Notes: a model not told the origin generated them from the letters alone. Counted from the first letter of the whole stretch, positions 51,201 through 63,533 are shown. The stretch: 63,994 nucleotides of DNA, filler included, from Dimargaris cristalligena (GCA_003614675.1; 3 parts of 3 records of this genome joined end to end with filler, not necessarily neighbours in it); one strand, 5' to 3'. A program made the numbers and translations.

Positions 51201-51862
51201 CAGAGCAACTCACCCTCGGAATAGTTCAGATCCTCCGGGCCAACTTAATTTTCTTGATGCAATACCATGAACTGGGGGACCATCGCGCTACGCAGGATAC
51301 CTTCAACGTGTTGAGCACGGCCCTTCAGTTTGCCAAGTGGGTTTCCGGCCAATGCAAAGCGCACCGCCTGACCACTTTATTTGGCCTTGCGCAGCAGATT
51401 GAGGCCGTGTTCCAACACCGGCTGGGGTTGCTCCACTTCAAACAGTTAGACGGGGAGATTCGTCAAGCGGCAGTGCAAAACGGTCCCCGGCCCAGTAGCA
51501 CCGTGCTTTCCCCGCCCTCCATAGACTCGTTGGCGGAGAGCAGTGCTAAGGGCACCCATAATCTACGCGAGGCTGAAAAATGCTGGCGGGACGGCTCCGA
51601 GGAGTTTTCTCTCCATACCCTAATGAGCAAATTCCCCAACACCTGGTCCCTTTGCCAAGGTTCCTCGCCGTCCGGGGACACTCGGCTTCCTACCACGGGC
51701 TTTACTTCAGCCCGTGCCGCCGTTGATTCCATTGTGGGCTCCAGCTCGGTCCATTGGCCGGTCTCGGTGATTTCCCCGATTCCGAATTTTATCGGATTTT
51801 TAGACTGTGTACTCTTTGAGTATGCTTACCAGCATAAAATTAACTACCGACTCGAGCGGTAA
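48233..51862 (+). CDS. Large disordered protein with an Ebp1/AF4-FMR2-like C-terminal helical domain; exons 48233-48630, 48810-48887, 49190-49286, 49607-51862
   Basis: Splice phases chain in frame. LSPTLPP motif, R/S/D-rich middle, and C-terminal domain WGRRYKR..LFGLAQQIEAV..LMSKFPNTW..PVSVISP..LDCVLFEY. Confidence 0.6.
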
Positions 51863-53084
51863 CCCTCTCCCTATTCATTTGGTCCGCATGGCCCTATTGC
51901 GACGGGAGTTGGGCCCCTGTTATAATCATAATATGATTATTCCCTGGGACCTAGATTTGAGATTGTGGCTATTCGATGGACCTGCCGACCCTTCGTCTCT
52001 CCCTGTTTCCTCGTGGGCATTTACCAGATGCCATTCAACAAACGTGTATTTATAAATAGACGGGGCCGCTGGCTTCGTTTTTACGCCATTTTCATTTTGT
52101 TTTTATTTACAACACCACTCATCCGCACCTCCCCCGTCCTTTGTGTGTTTTTTTGTCCACTCCTGTGCTTATTTGTCTGTTTTCACACTCATAATTTGAT
52201 AAGGTCCCAACTTTAAGTGTGCACCCATTTCGAATTTTTAATTACAATTGACTTAAACGTTTTTCCAAGTGTGTTGCAAGTCCCTATTTTCATTATGCCC
52301 TTCTTCCATAGTCATTATTATTATTATTATTCCTATTTTTTATATATACCAAACAAAAGTATGACGGCGCCTCCCCGCTTTGTAACATTTACCACTTTTT
52401 CCAATCTAACATACGTGATATTCCATATTTTTTTATCACAATATTACACCTTCTGTATTTAGGCCTGTTTCCGCCTTTCCGTGGCTCTGGCTGGCATTTT
52501 TGTTGTTGTTGTTTTTTTTCGTTTTTGACAATGACTCCAACTTCCTATATCGCTGCACTGCTCTCAATATATACATTTGGTCATTGAGCCATGACCCCTT
52601 TGCAATAGACCTATTTTACCTGGTTAACGAAATGAACTTGCGGGCCGAGCATAAGGGAAATTTAGTCTTTGTGGACTTGGGCATATAACATGTGGCCAGT
52701 GAATTATCCTAGGACATAATCCAACCAAGTGGAACTAATAATGTCACAGGTAGGATTAAAACTACTACTGCCAGTAGGCCAATATTATCTTGTCTAATTT
52801 CATATATTTGCTTGGTTTGTGGGGGGCTCTCTTAGGAATATTCACCCTTATTATAGGGAGTCGGAATGACTTACCTGGAATGAGTAAACGTAATCTATAT
52901 AACGTTAATATTATCGTTATTTTTTCGGTTCTTCCAACCCACCTCCTCAAGCCCCAACCTACCTCCGTGTCCCGATTGGGTTTAATTGTGTTTTTCCATT
53001 TTACTAGCTAGATATTTTTAATTCGGCTCCATTATTTGGTTCTAGCTTGCATTGTACCTTTCATAAATCTCCCCAGTCACCGCC

Positions 53085-54386
53085 ATGAGCCAGACTTACT
53101 ACGAGGTTCTCGAGGTTGACGAACAGATCGACGAGCATGGCCTCAAGCGGGCCTACCGGAAAATGGCCATGAAGTTCCATCCGGACAAGAACCCGGAGGG
53201 GGCCGACCGGTTCAAGGAGATCCAGCACGCCTACGAAATCCTCAGCGATCCGGACAGCCGGCGCATGTACGACCAGTTCGGGGAAGCCGGGCTCGATGGC
53301 GCGGGGGGACCCGGCGGTCATTCGGGCGGTCATCCGTTCCCGGACGATATTTTTGCGGATATCTTTGGGGGGACCGAATTTTTCGGTGGGCCTAATATGG
53401 GAGGAGGTCCACCACCCCCTTCGTCGCGGCCCCAGAGAAGCGGTCCGGCCCAGGAGAAACCCCATGACTTGGACGTGTCGCTTGCGGACCTGTACACAGG
53501 CAAAAAGTTCCGGATGGCCCTGGAGAAGAAGGTGGTGTGCGGGGTATGTGACGGCTCGGGTAGCCGCACGGGCAAGACTTTCAAGTGTAAACTGTGTGGT
53601 GGCCAAGGGTTTACTTTGGCCACCCGTACCTTGGCCCCGGGCCTGACCCAGCGGATCCAGGTCGTATGTTCCGGCTGCCACGGGGAAGGTCGCATCATTC
53701 GTAAGAAGGACCAGTGCCGCAAGTGCCACGGTGAAAAGGTCGTGCGGGCCCGCAAGGTGGTCACTATCACGGTCGAACCGGGAATGGCCGATGGTGATCG
53801 GATCACTCTGGCCGGACAGGGTGACCAAACGCCCGGCCAGGATGCCCCGGATGTCATTTTTGTGCTCCGGCAGACGGAGGACGCCAAGTTCCAGCGTAAA
53901 GATAATGACTTGCACACCGCCGTGTCGATTTCCCTGGGCGAAGCCTTGGTCGGATTCAACCGGCAATTAGTCACCCACCTCGATGGCCGGGGTCTCGTGG
54001 TCAACCAGCCGACGGGCAAGGTCGTCCGGCCGGGTCAGGTGAAGTGTATCTACAACGAAGGTATGCCCCATCGCGGCAAGCCCCACCTGCGCGGGGCCCT
54101 CTACTTGACGATTGATATTATTTTCCCTCCCGATCACTGGATCAAGGAGGCCCGGGAAGTGGCTGCCCTCAGCGACCTACTACCGTCGCTGTCCGCCCAG
54201 GATACCCCAGCGCCCGCTGAATCAACCACCACGGTAGCGTTGGCGCAAGTGGCTGATGATGTCAATCCGTTCGCCCAACCCGAACCGGCCCACGGGCACC
54301 AACACTACGACGGGCCCCATGATTACGACGAATTCCACCAATACGGAGGCGGGGCTCCACCCGAAATGGAATGCAATCAACAGTAA
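53085..54386 (+). CDS. Type I DnaJ/Hsp40 (Ydj1/Xdj1/DNAJA family), intronless
   Basis: J domain with HPD, G/F region, four CxxCxGxG-type repeats and a C-terminal CaaX-type CNQQ. Confidence 0.95.
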   Translation: MSQTYYEVLEVDEQIDEHGLKRAYRKMAMKFHPDKNPEGADRFKEIQHAYEILSDPDSRRMYDQFGEAGLDGAGGPGGHSGGHPFPDDIFADIFGGTEFFGGPNMGGGPPPPSSRPQRSGPAQEKPHDLDVSLADLYTGKKFRMALEKKVVCGVCDGSGSRTGKTFKCKLCGGQGFTLATRTLAPGLTQRIQVVCSGCHGEGRIIRKKDQCRKCHGEKVVRARKVVTITVEPGMADGDRITLAGQGDQTPGQDAPDVIFVLRQTEDAKFQRKDNDLHTAVSISLGEALVGFNRQLVTHLDGRGLVVNQPTGKVVRPGQVKCIYNEGMPHRGKPHLRGALYLTIDIIFPPDHWIKEAREVAALSDLLPSLSAQDTPAPAESTTTVALAQVADDVNPFAQPEPAHGHQHYDGPHDYDEFHQYGGGAPPEMECNQQ

Positions 54387-55314
54387 AGCCCAGCCGATCC
54401 AGGGGCGGGGACCGGGGTGGCAAGGGGGGACGGAATGTGCCTTGAGTTCCCGGCAAAATAGGAATCGACTAAATGGGCGATATTATGGCACGGACCCCCG
54501 GGATTCACGAAATTTAATTTTGACCTTTACCTGTTGTTCATTTCTCTTCCTGTTTACTCGCTCGTGGTAAGCTGATCCGAGTTTCTAGTATTCCCTTTTC
54601 TTAGAGTCTTAATTGTAATTAATACTTTGCTTATTTCTTCGAGGTAGAAAACTGACTGTAATAGAGGGCTTTTACCAGTGATCCGTGGAAGTGTCTACTG
54701 GGGAATTTGGGACAATTGAACTGGGTAGAGCCAGTATTAGTACCTCTTCTGATCTACAATATAATTTGTGATTTCTTACGCCATGCCTATTGTTAAAGAG
54801 GTGGTGGGGGGTCATAAAGTATTCTGGGAGCTTTTCTTACTGTTTCCAAGGAAATTATGTACCATATTCGCTCTCAGTGCCAATTATGCCAAGGGATGGC
54901 TGTTGGTTGTTGTTGAGTGGAGGAAATAACTAGTTAGCCAAGGAACGTATTGGTTGGCGCAAAAAGGAGAGGACCAAGAGTAACAGCGTTAAACCCCACT
55001 CTTGCGCGATTAAAGTATACATGGGCTGTTCGCCACCTGGTTACATTTAAAGGCCAAAGAAAGAGAAACAACCCTTCACTTACATGCCCGCTCTTCGCTA
55101 ATTTATTCCCATTTCTCCCTTTTCACTTCCTCTATCCTTCGATCGCAGCCCTCCGTTTTTTTTCAATTCTGGCCCAAGACCACTTCATTCTATTCATTTA
55201 AAAGTGATTTCGGCCAATTACGCATACCCAGCGTAACAGCGCTATATCTCGCGACTCGAGCGGCTCCTCGCTACGCATTTCATATATATATTAGCTACAT
55301 TCATACCCACCGCC

Positions 55315-57262
55315 ATGTCCAAAGCTGTATCGACACTCGGCGGCTCGTTAGCGGCCAACACCGCTGAGTACCTGGCCCGGAACTCCTCCATTCCCGCATT
55401 CCTAAGCAAATTGTACAGGTAAGAATGGGCCCCACTTCTTGCTAACCTCCATTGCTTTCCCTGGCGATGTCTTTTAAAATTCTTATTATATCTACATACC
55501 ACAAAATAAGGAAAACTTGCTATCCCGAACTCTCGCTTCGTCGTTCACATAACTCGTTCTACCAAAGAATACGTCCCTCAAGGCCGAATGCCAAGCCGTC
55601 AGCACACGTTATTCTCTTCAGCCACCTTTCTTAACTCGATCAACCACCCCTTAACACCAATCATTTGATTGGCTTTTACATTTTTTCATACCACACCATC
55701 TATCATTCACAAAATAGAATGGTCGACGATGTATCAACCGACGGCTTAATAGCCTGGGCCGAGGATGGTGATTCGTTTTATGGTAAGTGACCACTGTCAC
55801 CAAAATTGAACACTATAGCCGTATACACTGCGACTACACCGCCTACATTAAGCCGTCCAATTTTAGTCTAATTCCCTGACACCAACTATAAATCCGCGGA
55901 TTTAATAATATTATCACCCCATTGACCTGAATGGCCTCTACAATTTAATCAGTTTTCAAACCAGAAAGCTTCGCTAAACAGGTCCTGCCCCGCTACTTCA
56001 AACACAACAATTTCGCAAGCTTCGTCCGCCAATTAAATATGTATGGCTTTCACAAAATTCCCCACCCGCAGCAAGGCGTACTTAAGGCAGACCCTGGCAC
56101 CGACAAGCTGGAATTCAGCAACCCCCACTTTAAAAAGGACCGCCCCGATTTGCTGTGTTTTGTTCTGCGCAAGCGCTCCAAACCCGAGGATGACAAGCAA
56201 TCTGATATTATGGACATGCAGCGCGTTCTCCAGGAACTGGCCACGATCCGCAATCACCAGATGGCTATTAGCGACGACCTGCGCAAACTCCAGCAGAACA
56301 ATGCCCTCCTGTGGGAAGAGGCCGCTGCGGCCCAGCAACGCCACCAGCGGCACCAGGCCACCATTGACAAAATCCTACGGTTCTTGGCCTCGGTGTACAC
56401 CACCACCACCAATTCCACCCGTTCCCTATCCCGGAAACGACCCCTGCTGATCGAACCCCTGGACCAGGAGGCGGCGACCAGTCCGGCCAAACGGCCCCAT
56501 GTACAACAACATCCACAGTCGTCCCCTCGGCCGACCACCGCTCCCCCGTCGCCGGCGTCAGCCCTGGACCCGGGCCTTGTCCCGTCCAGTCCGTCAGTGG
56601 ACCCGAGCATGATCGATATGCATAACCCATTGGACCCGAATGCCCATTGGCAATACCCCTTAGACCCCAATGTGCTCTCCCGGCTAGGCCATTACTTGGG
56701 TCTGGCTGACATTGGCGCGTCTGCCCCTCCCCCGGCCCCAACTACCCTCCTCACCGTGAACCCCCATCCTCTATCGACCCCGCCAGCTGGGTCTGCTCCC
56801 CTACCCACTCTCGCCCCCGCCCCAACTTTGGCCCCCGCACCAACAATACCCCTTTCCTCGGCTGCGTCGAGCCCCACGCCCAATAACCACCTGCCCCTCA
56901 ACCACCAGGATATAACCGATAGTATGGACCAGCTCAAAAATAACCTAGATTCCCTCACTGGTTCGTTTGGGTTTGATTTCCACAATACCCCCATGGAACA
57001 GTTTCCATTCAATATGGGCGATTTATTAGGGTCCGAGGATGCCCTCCACCAATTTCTTAACCTGCAGGAGACCGCCAAGAACCCAGGCTCGCCCAGGCCA
57101 CCTGAAATTCCATTAACCACAACCGCCGCTACTCCACCCCCCGCCCCCGCCTCCCGCAAACCCATTTATATAGTTATCCATTGCCCTACGGGTTGCCCCA
57201 ACTGTGTGTTTATTTGTGTATTATTATTACCACTACCTGGGTGGAATCTAAATGTTTCCTAG
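55315..57262 (+). CDS. HSF1: Heat shock transcription factor; exons 55315-55418, 55718-55782, 55953-57262
   Basis: IPAFLSKLYRMV, LIAWAEDGDSF, VLPRYFKHNNFASFVRQLNMYGFHK, and the HR-A/B region NALLWEEA..RHQRHQATIDKILRFLASVY. Confidence 0.93.
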
Positions 57263-57682
57263 TTCGGCCTAGGAAAATACGGATTGACTGGATGTCCGAA
57301 TGAATGGGTTGTGTTTTGCCAATAAATTAAAAGTTCAGTCGCGAATATCGGCTTTGGAAGAAAAGTCAAACTGCTACCCAATGGGTTGTATAACCAATAG
57401 ATGTATCATTTGTACCGCAACAAGATGTGGGGGGGGAATGACTGCACATAATACTCCCCCCCCCACCCCCAATCGACCTTGAAGGCCAAATGGTGAAACA
57501 TATAATGTGAGCCGATCGGCCAATTCCGGAAGGCCCGGATCCCATCTGTCAACGATTTTTTCGGGTTGGTTAGCTACAGGGATCTAATGGGACTCAATGG
57601 CACTTCACCTTGGTACCTTATTCCACTGCTACTACCAACGGTATATTCGTTTAGCCCTCTTCGGCCTGTGCATTTGGCTACA

Positions 57683-59326
57683 ATGCCCGTGCAAACCATT
57701 CCCGAAATACCGGGTCTCTCAATGTACCCCGAATTTATTGGCCCCGATGAACAAACGGCCCTGATGGCCACCCTCGACGGCCTACCCTGGTCGGGTTTAG
57801 GGGTTGGGTACGTTACTCTATACTCGAATATGGCATAGGATTCAGCTAAGAGATTAAGTCTGGCCCATTTGAACTTCCCCCCTTTACCCGAGTTTCCCGC
57901 ATCCTTGGAAACCCCCCCCCCCGATTCGTATGGTCCCAGGTGCTGTAGTTTACCTCTAACCCACATAGGACCGTCTTCTACCCACACCATGCCCCACATG
58001 CATGCCCTCCCCACTACCACCCAATGTATAAATTAATAGGCCAAATCCTGAGCTTAAACGGCGTACCCAACAACGCGGGTGTACCTTCAGTTTTCGCTAC
58101 AGGTGAGGAAATAAGCTACCCCGAATTATATGGCGAATGCTTTATTTATTCGGCATCAGGACATTCACTGCATTCTATACCAAACGTATTCGTCACCTCA
58201 CTGAATATTTCCATATACCCATCAAATGGCTCCCCCTTGTAATACGTGCCAAGCTGCTTATTAACCACTCTGCCACTCTACGTGTTTACTTGGTCTGTCA
58301 CGATACCCCCTGCCCCTCATTACTTTGGCTTATCGGCCTAACAGAAAAGCCATCACTTCTACTGAACCACTTCCCGGCTGGGCCCGGGATCTGGTGGCCC
58401 GACTGGCCCCTCTCACTACAATGAAGGATGCCCTCAACTCCATTATTATTAATGAATACCAGCCTGGTCAAGGTACGTGAAACTCATATAACTTAAACTT
58501 CGGAAAGGGATTTCCCGTGGTTTACCAGCCCTGGCATTTGAATTATCTATCATACTAATCCTGGCCTCGTAACGTTCGTCACATGTCCCCTCCTCTTCTG
58601 TTCATCCGATTTAGGTATAATGCCCCATGTTGGTAAGTCGGCTGGCTGGAATAGCCTTGTACTACGGCCATCACGCTCTTTACATGCTAAATGATAACAT
58701 CGTATAGTAGATTTAAACAGGAAGATGTTGCTCGTATTGCTGTTTTTCTCACTTATTCTGGCTGGATACCGCGACTACGTTTTGTAATTGTATATCCCCC
58801 ACCTCTAGACTCTCTGACGGCCTTTGGGGATACGGTATTCGCGTTGTCGCTTCTTTCGCCCTGCGTTATGACATTTGATCGCGTTGGTTCAACCGATTCA
58901 TACCCCATTGTTTTGGGTAAGTCCAGACTCCCCCTTCTCATTACGACCCAAAGGGACGGAGTTTGATAATCGACATGCTTGCTGTCATCAGCCATATATC
59001 TATATGGTATTGGTGCCCAAGTTGACCGACATCAGCAGGAAAATAAAACCAGCAAGAAAGGAGCCTAAGAACTAACTGTTCGTATACCGTAACCAATCCC
59101 AATACTTACCATCAAAAACCCCTTGCCAATATTGCCTATTTCCTCTCTAGAACCCCGGTCTCTGCTGGTACTCACCGGACCAGCCCGATTTGGGTTCAGG
59201 CACGGAATTTCGAAGGATCTTGTCGAGACCCTAGGTGATCGAACTATTCACAGAGAGCGCCGCGTATCGCTTACCTTCCGATATATCATTCCAGGTCCTT
59301 GTAAAGAAGAGGCCGCCTGTAAATGA
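57683..59326 (+). CDS. AlkB-family 2OG-Fe(II) dioxygenase; exons 57683-57807, 58040-58102, 58345-58472, 58615-58632, 58809-58916, 59151-59326
   Basis: IPGLSMYPEFI, LKRRTQQ, IINEYQPGQGIMPHVD (HxD), ALSLLS, LEPRSLLVLTGPARFGFRHGI and RRVSLTFR. Confidence 0.9.
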
Positions 59327-60026
59327 TGCTGACAATAAACTCAGCAGCTCTGAAATTCAACAGGACCCAAGGCCCTGGAACCAATGTACTAGAATAATAT
59401 TTTTTATTGATATATCTACACGGAATAGTACCACTCTCCCTGACTTGTAAATAGCCGCCTAATCCAATATTATAACGTTTGGACTGTAGCCCAGCTACTT
59501 TTTCTTACAAAAATAATTAACACGCCACTTTAATTTCGTATAAGCTGCCGAGTTCATAATAAAAGCGTTTTTGGATACAACACATAACTGTGACGATTGG
59601 AGAGTTCTCTGACATGGTGACATCACCAGTGATTTCCTGGGAGTAATATAGTTCACATCACCCCATCCCAGACTGGCGGAGCGTTAGATAAGCCCCCCTC
59701 CACCATTAGCTGGATCAGACTTAGTTGGTAGAGTTTCACCTATTAGCGCCCACTGCTGTGCGGCAACGGGCTTGAATTCACGTCTGCATTAGCCGCGGGC
59801 CACTTCCATAAACCCGCCCCTCCGCCTGAGAAAAAAACAAGTTGCCTATATTAATTAGGCAGTCTGCCCCCTGTAGCTCAGCAAGCTTGACAGGTATTAC
59901 TCCAAACCGACAGAATATATATAACACTCGTCGTTGCCGATTACTCTCATTCACCATTCCACCCACCCCTCCCCCAACCACCGTAACGCCATCACCACCA
60001 CTACTACTACTACTACCCCCCCCAGC

Positions 60027-61609
60027 ATGCCCAACCATCGCCCCGTCATTCTCGTCACCGGTGCCTCTCGTGGCATCGGCCTGGCTATCGTTCAGGAGGC
60101 CCTGAAGCTAGGGTCCCACGTGGTCGGCATTGCCCGGTCCGAGTCCCGTCTGCAAGAGATTCAGACAAAGCACGAAGAACAGATTGGCTCCAAGTCGGAT
60201 AACCCCGAGGCCGCCCCACAGTTCCGCTATGTGGCCGGGGACCTCAACGATGCCAGTACCACCCAGCGTTTGGTGGACGTGGCCATCCAGAACTTTGGCC
60301 GCATTACCGGACTCGTACACAATGCTGGGTAGGTTTCATTATATATATATATATACAGAAAAATTCGACGGTGTGAGACGGTAGTATGCCGTTACATTGG
60401 TATATGGAAAGTCTGGTTGTATGACTGTTTAAATCTAGCCCCCCACCCCACCACGTATCTCCCCACTTCACCCCACACTATGGGAAAAATAACCAATGAC
60501 AGAGTGGAGCGTTGGTAGATAAGCCCCCCAAAAAACCGTCACTTACAACTGATATTATGTACTCCCCTACTCTATACACCTGTACGGCCAACTAGCGTAA
60601 TCGAGCCCATTCAGAAAATCGCAGACGTGGACGTGGACGCCTGGAAGGCACTATTTGATGTCAACGTCTTCGCGGTTGTCCGACTGACCCAACAAGCCAT
60701 CCCCCATTTGCGTAAATCCCAGGGCCGCATTGTGATGCTGGGTTCGGGTGCATCCACCCATGCTTACCATGGCTGGTCCTCCTACTGTTGGTAAGTCAAC
60801 GTGTGACCCATAACATTATCGCATTCAAGGTGTAATAATAATAATGGTGATGGTGAGGGTCCCCCCATTCAAGCGAGGGTAATAATAATTAGCCCGCCCT
60901 AACATTGCTCCTTGTTCTCTCCAATTAACCAACGATCATGATTTAACCTCCCCTCCTCTCTCTCTCGCACGTACTCTCCCTCGCCTAACCTACGTGACTG
61001 TATGGACGAACTCCCACCTAATATAATCTGATCTCTCCGCACCTGGGATTGGTGGTGGCAATACTATATAGCTCGAAAGCGGCCGTCCACCGTCTGGCTG
61101 CTTCGTTGACCGTTGAAGAGGCTGCCATCACAACGGTCACCATCGCACCCGGAGTTGTCGATACGGATATGACCCGGATTGTCCGTGAAGATGGTAAGTA
61201 GTATGATTAAAAGAGGGTTTATTAACGCTAAAAATGGATCGATTCACCTACACGAACGGATTTGGAGAGACAAGGAAAACAATGGAAATGCGCGTGGGAT
61301 CATGTAAATTTATGGCTTTTATTAATAGTAATATCGAATGGACTGAACTATCCTATTTTTATATTGGGCCGATTTTGTCCCTCATCTATCCAAACGGGTG
61401 TGCTCGCATGCACCACTTCAGCCGAATCGGGCATGTCGTCGCATGAGCACGCACGTTTTGTTGGTCTCGAAGCCAACAAAGAAATGGTGCGTCCCGAGCA
61501 GCCGGGCCATGTTATCGCCGCCGTGGCTATCTCTGGCGAATCTAGCCTGGGTGGTAAAGAGTTCAAGTGGAACGACTCTCCCCTGGCCCAATACCAGCTG
61601 CCAGCCTAA
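60027..61609 (+). CDS. Short-chain dehydrogenase/reductase; exons 60027-60328, 60596-60790, 61072-61193, 61422-61609
   Basis: TGASRGIG, LVHNAG, SG, YCCSK (YxxxK across a splice junction) and APGVVDTDM. Confidence 0.92.
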
Positions 61610-62309
61610 CTCTCCTCTCTCTCCATACTACCGGGGTATATCGGAGGTCAAAAATCCTCCCTCCATAACCGCATAGACGCCCTTTCCGTGTACAGCGGCC
61701 ATTTTTAAGAAATATTGACAGCTGGCCACAGCGGGAATAAAGTAAACATATCTAAGTCACAGCTTGACAATTTATTGAACACGTATGTAAAGACAAAAAC
61801 ACAACGACAGGGAAAAGGGAGAGAGATGGCAAAGCAATGCGGATATATGTATTAGTGCAACCTCTAACTATACTATAGGGGGGGAGTGGACGTTGAGTAG
61901 GTGAATGGGGAGTAAAACAAGGTGAAGGAGAGGGGGGCATATAAGCAACATAATCAAAGCAGATAGGAAAGGGATATAGAACGAAAAGGGGAGAATACTA
62001 TGGGGGAGAAGAGGGCGGAGCTTATATTGGTGACGAGTGTAACAACCTGTCCATGGCTCGCTTCGTTAGCAATGAAGGTTTCTCGTCTCTACTGAGCCCA
62101 TAATTACAAAAGACAGTTGCGATAGATTATGTGCCATCCGAGACGTTAGGTAGCAGCGACACTCCCCAGGCCCGAATGACCTGTCCAACAAGCTAAAAGG
62201 ACACCAAACGACGAGATGGTAGACGCAGCGGAATTGACGGCTGGGAGTATACAAAAGGGAGGGGAAATAGGTGGATAATGCGATGAAGTATAGGTGGGGG
62301 GGAGAATAT

Positions 62310-62792
62310 TTAACAGCACCCGCTGCTGGACTGCTGCTGGGGCACGGACTGGGTGCCGCCCAGGTTGATGGACTTCTTATCCTTCTGGCTGTTGGTGGGG
62401 ACGGTGTCCATGATATCCTTAATCTGCTTAGCCATGGTCAAGAAAGCCTGCTCCACATTGGTGGAATCCTTGGCGGAAGTTTCCAGGAAGGGAACGCCCA
62501 ACTGGTCGGCGAATTCCTTGGCCACGGTGTACTCGACCACCTTCTTATCTTCCAGATCGCTCTTGTTACCGACCAGCAGTTTGCTGACGCCCTCGCTGGC
62601 GTAGCGGTCAATTTCCTGCAGCCACTGCTTGACGTTGGTGAAGGTATCGGTGTCGGTGACATCGTATACCACGATAATGCCGTGGGCGCCCCGGTAGTAC
62701 GACGAGGTGATGGTGCGGAAGCGTTCCTGACCGGCCGTATCCCAGATTTGCAGCTTAACGGTCTTGCCCTCGAGCTCTATGGTGCGGATTTT
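62310..62792 (-). CDS. YPT1: Ypt1/Rab1 GTPase, 3' half (exon 3, residues 46-205)
   Basis: Preceded by a TATTAAC branch point, pyrimidine tract and TAG acceptor. Reads [51 protein letters not shown] stop. Confidence 0.95.
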   Translation of the reverse strand, partial: KIRTIELEGKTVKLQIWDTAGQERFRTITSSYYRGAHGIIVVYDVTDTDTFTNVKQWLQEIDRYASEGVSKLLVGNKSDLEDKKVVEYTVAKEFADQLGVPFLETSAKDSTNVEQAFLTMAKQIKDIMDTVPTNSQKDKKSINLGGTQSVPQQQSSSGCC

Positions 62793-62857
62793 CTAGTGGG
62801 GGGTGGAATGAAGTAGGGTGAATGAATGGAAGGGGGTTAATACAGGAGGGAACAAGG

Positions 62858-62903
62858 CGGGGAGTACTGTGGGCTTGGGGGGAATGGGGTGGTGGTACAT
62901 GGG
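62858..62903 (-). repeat. Left arm (46 bp) of an inverted repeat; partner at 63890-63944
   Basis: Minus strand CCCATGT(ACC)3CCATTCCCCCCAAGCCCACAGTACTCCCCG. Confidence 0.95.
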
Positions 62904-63533
62904 TGGAAGTAATCAGAACTGTCAAACGGGCATAAAGGGTATATATATTATAAATACGGGAAAAGGCAAATACAATGGCCGGATGGGGTAGCGAGATGCA
63001 GAAGATGATCGACGTCGTCAACAGCGCCAGGCCACTCAGTGAATAACAAAGAACGGGTGATTGAAAAGAGAGCCACAAGAGACAAGAGAGACTACTATAC
63101 TACTTTACTTTACAGTCACATGATTAGAGGGGTCAGGCGGGGGGTCACATTTGATTCCGCTGTGCTGAGTAGGAGGGGAGGTCTTGGGTATATGCGCAAT
63201 GAAACCCATCTGCAACTGTGAGCCTGGGGTGCGCATACATCCTCCTCCCCTCCGCCCTTTCTCTCTCTCTCTCTCTCTCTCTCCACTTCTATCTACTAAT
63301 ATTACCCGTTTGTTTCTCAGCCAAGGCGGAAACCAAACTCTCGCTTGCTTCATCTCTTTCCTTTAGCCATTGTTGTGTTATTCCTTGTTCTGTTCATACT
63401 ACCTTTCTTTCTTGCTTTCGCTTCTACAGCCCGCCCTCTCCTACTTAGCTCCTTCGTCTCTCTTTCCTCCGTCGACGCTCCCTCCCATCTGCCCGTTTCC
63501 TTATACTCTCTACTACACACACTTCTGCCCAAC

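Noticed and set aside
52868-52880. ACTTACCTGG resembling the U1 snRNA 5' end
   Set aside because: The downstream sequence lacks the U1 stem-loops and Sm site.
53061-54019. Long antisense ORFs (301 and 229 aa) over DnaJ, and similar ones over FAL1, CTP1, NOT3 and HSF1
   Set aside because: Shadow ORFs produced by GC-rich codon bias, with no recognisable motifs.
59484-59500. CTGTAGCCCAGCTACT resembling an Alu/SRP RNA motif
   Set aside because: Short imperfect match, and the flanks do not fit an SRP RNA.
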